DNA from: the human T2T-CHM13v2.0 reference genome, Homo sapiens
Assembly: GCF_009914755.1 (NCBI RefSeq)
Contig: NC_060935.1
Strand: one strand, 5' to 3'
Length of the DNA: 64,000 bases
Shown here: piece by piece, positions 59,877 through 64,000 of the stretch
How the letters are laid out: each line of letters opens with the position of its first letter
Numbering within the stretch: the stretch's first letter is position 1
The notes under the pieces: generated by a model
Told to the model about the DNA's origin: nothing
The model's input: the letters and a program-made list of their open reading frames with translations, nothing else
The model's database searches: none
Position numbers and translations under genes: made by a program

Positions 59877-60070
59877 GGTTGGGGCACAGAGATAAGAGGT
59901 CAGAGCATGGAAATAAGGGATTGGGGTGCAGAAATGAGGGATTGGGGCACAGAGATACGAGGTTGGGGCACGGAAATAAGGGATTGGGGCACAGAGATAT
60001 GAGGTTGGGGTGTGGAAATAAGGGATTGGGGCACAGAGATAAGAGGTTGGGGTGTGGAAATAAGGGATTG
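59877..60070. repeat. 21-bp tandem repeat in the HERV-H leader
   Basis: About 9 units of two variants, ggggcacagagataagaggtt and ggggtgtggaaataagggatt. Confidence 0.9.
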
Positions 60071-60588
60071 AGGGTTCTTGCCCCATAGAAAAGTGGGACT
60101 TGCCACTAAGGGTGAAGGAGAAGGGGTTGAGGGGTACTTGCCCCTGCCCCAGAAAAGCGGGACTTGCCGCTAAGGGTGAAGGACCAAGGCAGGCGTCCCT
60201 GCGTGGTCTGACACCCTTGAAACGTGAGTGTATAATCAGAGAGGCATCCCTGCAATCATTAAACACCAAGGGAAGGCTGCCTTCACAGTCCGTGACTGGC
60301 CCCGGAGTTTTGGGTCCCCGGATAAAATGTGTCTCCTTTGTCTCTCCCAGAAAATGAAAGGAATTGAAATTAAGAGAAGGGAGAGATTGAAGAGTGGAAA
60401 GGAGAAAGTGGTTGAGGGACAGTGAGAGAGGTTGGAGAAGAGAGTAAGAAGAGGCCGCTTACCTGATTTGAAATTGGTGAGATGTTTCTTGGGCTGGTCG
60501 GTCTGAGGACCTGAGGTCCTAGGTGGATCTTTCTCATGGAGCAAAGAACAGGAGGACTGGGGATTGATCTCCCAAGGGAGGTCCCCCG

Positions 60589-60606
60589 ATCCGAGTCACG
60601 GCACCA
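60589..60606 (-). other. tRNA-His primer binding site
   Basis: TGGTGCCGTGACTCGGAT immediately after the 5' LTR. Confidence 0.95.
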
Positions 60607-60608
60607 AA

Positions 60609-61050
60609 TTTCATGTGCGTCTGTGTGAAGAGACCACCAAACAGGGTTTGTGTGAGCAACATGGCTGTTTATTTCACCTGGGTGCAGGCGGCTGAGTCCG
60701 AAAAGAGAGTCAACAAAGGGAGATAAGGGTGGGGCTGTTTTATAGGATTTGGGTAGGTAAAGGAAAATTACAGTCAAAGGGGGTTTGTTCTCTGGTGGGC
60801 AGGAGTGGGGGTCGAAAGTTGCTCAGTGGGGGTGCTTTTTGAGCCAGGAAAAGGACTTTCACAAGGTAATGTCATCACTTAAGGCAAGGACCGGCCATTT
60901 ACCCTTCTTTTGTGGTGGAATGTCATCAGTTAAGGTGGGGCAGGGCATATTCACTTCTTTTGTGATTCTTCAGTTACTTCAGGCCATCTGTGCATATACG
61001 TGCAAGTCACAGGGGATGCGATGGCTTGGCTTGGGCTCAGAGGCCTGACA
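60609..61050 (-). promoter_or_regulatory. 5' LTR7 (LTR7up-like) promoter/enhancer
   Basis: Starts TGTCAGGCCTCTGAGCCCAAG, has a TATA box (CCTATAAAA) and two ACAAAAGA motifs at 60906-60913 and 60956-60963. Confidence 0.9.
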
Positions 61051-61370
61051 GAAACTTTATAAAGTTTTTGCAGAAGCAAGACAAAATAATTTTGATGGGT
61101 TAGAAATTAGTTGGTGGTTTCTGATTGGTGCTGTTTCTAGTTTCGATTTACTGATTACACTGGACTCTGGTTGGTTCACATAGGAATTTAGAGTGCCAAA
61201 GCCACCTTGGTCTAATGGCCTCCCAATTAGATTCTTTTAACAATTATCATTTTGAAATATTCAACATGAAAAACATTGAAATAGTTATGAAATCCATGCT
61301 CATTATCACAATAAATTGTAACATTACACTTGTCAATGAAAAAAAAAGAAACTGTTAGATTTTTAAGTTT

Positions 61371-62239
61371 CATAAACCAAAAATAAAATTCTAAGGCCCC
61401 CAACCTACTGATGGACTCCCCTCTCGGCCACTGGCATTCCAAAGTAAACCTGAAAAACTAGTTCAGACCATGACCGGAAGAGGTAGGTTAGACATGTGTC
61501 ATTATAACTTCCTCCCTTTGGAATTCAGATGCAATTGACCAGCACTACCATTAAAACAGAGATCTTAACACAGAAACAGACCCTTTGTAACAGTAAGATA
61601 CCAAATTCAAACCTGATTCTAGTATGGTGATTCATGACAGATAGTAGGTCCTGAAAGAAATTGAAATTATTTTCCCCAAAATATATTTCTTTGACATGTT
61701 CTTAAATGGCATGGCCCTGCAAAGCTGTCTCTTGTGTGGAAAATCCACATTCTGTAGAGAATCGTCTTCCCTTTCCATGTCTTTTCCCTGATCCAGGAGA
61801 GAATTAATTAAAAGTATGGAACCTTTTTAGGTCTGATAAGAGCTTTGAAGCCTGGTACCTGGGGTCTCCATCTGCATAATAAAAATCTTGGTGTCCACAA
61901 CTTCTTATCTTAACCCAAACACTCCTTTCTATTGATTCCAGGCTTTAGATAATAACTCTTCCAATCAATTGCTAATCAGAAAATCTTTGAATCTACCTGT
62001 GACCTGAAAGCTCCCACTTCAAGTTATCCCATGTTTCTGCAGAGAAACACTGTACACCTCCTTATACATATTGATTGATGTTTGCCTGTAACTTTAATGT
62101 ATAAAATCAAGCCATAAACCAACTACCTTGGGCACATGTTCTCAGGACCTTCTGGGGCTGTGTTATAGGTCATGGTCATCACATTTGGCTCACAATAAAT
62201 CTCTGCAAATATTTTACAGTTTGACTCTTTTCGTCAACA
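61371..62239 (+). mobile_element. MER4 (D/E-like) solo LTR
   Basis: taaaccaaaaataaaattctaaggccccc start, AATAAA, and a tttgactcttttcgtcaaca end. Confidence 0.82.
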
Positions 62240-62265
62240 ATTTTTATCAACTACCTTGTCAGAAT

Positions 62266-62590
<325 letters not shown>

Positions 62591-63387
62591 TGACAACTAT
62601 CAAAACTGTAAAGGAAACATCCCTAAGATGTCTTGATCAGAAATTGCATGTTGCAGTTTCAAGCATAGAAACTGATATTAGAAAACTTTACTTGCGGAAA
62701 CAACCTGAAATTCCTTCTCCTAATTTCTGAAAACACTTTATTAGAAGTATACAAATTTAATATTTAATGTCTTATCTAATACTTTGTTAATCTTATAATT
62801 ATGGCATATAAAATAAAATACTTTTTTCATCATAAAGATGTCCCCAAATGTCTTCTTGTTTTCTTATCTCTGTGTGCCATAAATTGAACAGTTTTGAATA
62901 TTGTTTATCCTTTTGATTGCACTGAAGTCTGGTGTTTGGAAAAATAGTTCTTTTACTTACTTCTGTATTTATGTAAAATTTTAAAATAAGCATGTATTAC
63001 TTTTGTGATTAAAACTTATCATAAATATTTAAAGTAAAATAAATAGTAAAGTAATATAGCATAATATAATTAGCAATATTTTCTTTAAAAATAAATAATA
63101 TTTCTAGCTTTCTTTTGATTAGTGAAAAATGAAAAAATGCAAATTTAAAAAAAGAAAAAGTAAATAATACTAGATCACAGGTCACAAAACAGACACTCTG
63201 GAATGCTATAGTATAGTAGGTCAAACAATACAACCTTCCTTATTGGCAATTTGACAATATGCATCAAACATCTAAACAATGTTCAAAACCTTCAACCCAA
63301 CAATCCTTTTTCCAAAATCTAGTCTAAAGGAATTAATTTTAAACAGTTAAATAATTTCACTGGAGAAAAAAATTTTTTTTAAGATTC

Positions 63388-64000
63388 TTTTTTTTTTCTT
63401 TTTTTTCTTTGATTATTATACTTTAAGTTTTAGGGTACATGTGCACATTGTGCAGGTTAGTTACATATGTATATATGTGCCATGTTGGTGCACTGCACCC
63501 ACTAACTCGTCATCTAGCATTATGTATATCTCCCAATGCTATCCTTCCCCCCTCCCCCCACCCCACAACAGTCCCCAGAGTGTGATGTTCCCCTTCCTGT
63601 GTCCATGTGATCTCATTGTTCAATTCCCACCTATGAGTGAGAATATGCAGTGTTTGGTTTTTTGTTCTTGTGATAGTTTACTGAGAGTGATGATTTCCAA
63701 TTTCATCCATGTCCCTACAAAGGACATGAACTCATCATTTTTTATGGCTGCATAGTATTCCATGGTGTATATGTGCCACATTTTCTTAATCCAGTCTGTC
63801 ATTGTTGGACATTTGGGTTGGTTCCAAGTCTTTGCTATTGTGAATAATGCCGCAATAAACATACATGTGCATGTGTCTTTATAGCAGCATGATTTATAGT
63901 CCTTTCGGTATATACCCAGTAATGGGATGGCTGGGTCAAATGGTATTTCTAGTTCTAGATCCCTGAGGAATCACCACACTGACTTCCACAATGGTTGAAC
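63388..64000 (-). mobile_element. 3' end of a second L1PA2/3-type element, continuing beyond the window
   Basis: Poly-T, 3'UTR with the GAG diagnostic, and the ORF2 C-terminus (…IFSLIGGN). Confidence 0.95.

Larger units (their letters stand above)
55294..61050 (-). mobile_element. HERV-H provirus, common deleted ~5.7-kb form
   Basis: Two LTR7s, His PBS, gag zinc knuckle CYTCRKSGHWAREC, pro, pol pieces (PYNSPILPVLKPD, YSVLDLKHAFFTIP), no env body, PPT AAGAAGGCAGGAA, and 5-bp TSD GAAAC at 55289-55293 and 61051-61055. Confidence 0.97.
55166..61242 (-). mobile_element. Older ERV1 solo LTR split by HERV-H (55166-55293 and 61051-61242)
   Basis: Antisense polyA signal gagtttattg on the left. The right part ends aatggcctcccaattagattcttttaaca. 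Confidence 0.6.

Noticed and set aside
59730-60269. Repetitive peptide ORFs and a CRISPR-like periodicity
   Set aside because: This is the 21-bp tandem repeat of the HERV-H leader. It has no unique spacers and the context is eukaryotic.

Overview
Primate, most likely human, genomic DNA made almost entirely of transposable elements. I found no supportable host protein-coding exon and no wholly new biological system. Three large elements dominate. (1) A full-length but inactivated L1PA2/3-type LINE-1 (4202-10232, +) with an 18-bp TSD. (2) An env-deleted HERV-K(HML-6)/LTR3 provirus (42477-49378, -) with a 6-bp TSD, inserted inside an LTR10C-like solo LTR and itself carrying an AluY and a small retrocopy. 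(3) A 5.76-kb HERV-H provirus (55294-61050, -) with LTR7up-like LTRs, an intact His PBS and a strong splice donor. Also present: a fossil class-I ERV pol split by an MST LTR, MER52, MER41 (two GAS motifs) and MER4-group LTRs, about 15 Alu/FLAM copies, a 3'-truncated U6 copy, and old L1M/L2/MIR/DNA-transposon debris. The most unusual structures are locally templated inverted duplications (18.6-21.2 kb and 36.6-36.9 kb), an 'age-inverted' retrocopy inside the HML-6 pol gene, three tandem PBS-like motifs in the HML-6 leader, and a possible LTR7-to-HML-6 spliced chimera encoding an ERVK3-1-like peptide. Subfamily names come from recalled consensus sequences, not a database search, and boundaries of old repeats are approximate.
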